Below, one piece after another: positions 63,731 to 64,000 of a stretch of 64,000 bases of DNA. The DNA is from Antedon mediterranea (Eukaryota > Animalia > Echinodermata), in contig NC_092672.1 of the NCBI RefSeq assembly GCF_964355755.1, forward strand, positions 37,206,437 to 37,270,436, written 5' to 3'. How positions within the stretch are numbered: position 1 is the stretch's first letter; every line of letters starts with the position of its first letter. The translations under genes and the position numbers were made by a program. Under the pieces are notes generated by a model. The model saw only the letters and a program-made list of their open reading frames with translations, made no database searches and had not been told where the DNA came from.

Positions 63731-64000
63731 TTTAAGATCGGTTCCCAAATACGTAAGCACGCCGTAAGCAATTTGACCAATCACGACGCAATTTATTATC
63801 TGAAATGCCTCTTACATTGTGCCTACGTCACGGCGGCGCAACAAAGGTGGCTTTATATATTAATCAAAATGATATGGCTACAAAAAAAAAACAAACGACG
63901 TACTGAATTATTATTATTACACAATAACAAATTAAAGAAAACTCTTCTTTTTAAATTAATTTACAGGAACATATTTCACTTTTATCATCTCGATGGGATG

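Overview
AT-rich, intron-rich animal genomic DNA, probably a marine invertebrate deuterostome (inferred from Deu/Nin-type SINEs and gene content). Host genes reconstructed by hand: (1) a minus-strand extracellular-type gene with four near-identical tandem TSP1 exons and two atypical Kunitz domains (~718-7441); (2) a complete minus-strand receptor tyrosine kinase (43482->29542, ~1142 aa) whose ectodomain is ~17 LDLa repeats in one 2.1-kb exon and whose catalytic loop is HGD (non-RD); (3) an intact 5-exon OB-fold/RPA-like gene (20141-22221), possibly transposon cargo; (4) the 5' part of a nicotinic acetylcholine receptor alpha (alpha9/10-like) gene (55533->62107, continuing). Between them: a truncated tRNA-Trp-primed Gypsy (CsRn1-like) element caught in a fold-back/template-switch duplication, a 6-7 kb segmental duplication containing (TA)n-anchored nests of Penelope-like element ends with 11 minimal hammerhead ribozyme motifs of three families, Helentron-type non-autonomous elements (one carrying tRNA-Val copies), Harbinger and Kolobok-like elements, SINEs, MITEs, probable P-element excision footprints and several minisatellites. 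All coordinates were read by eye; no searches were run.
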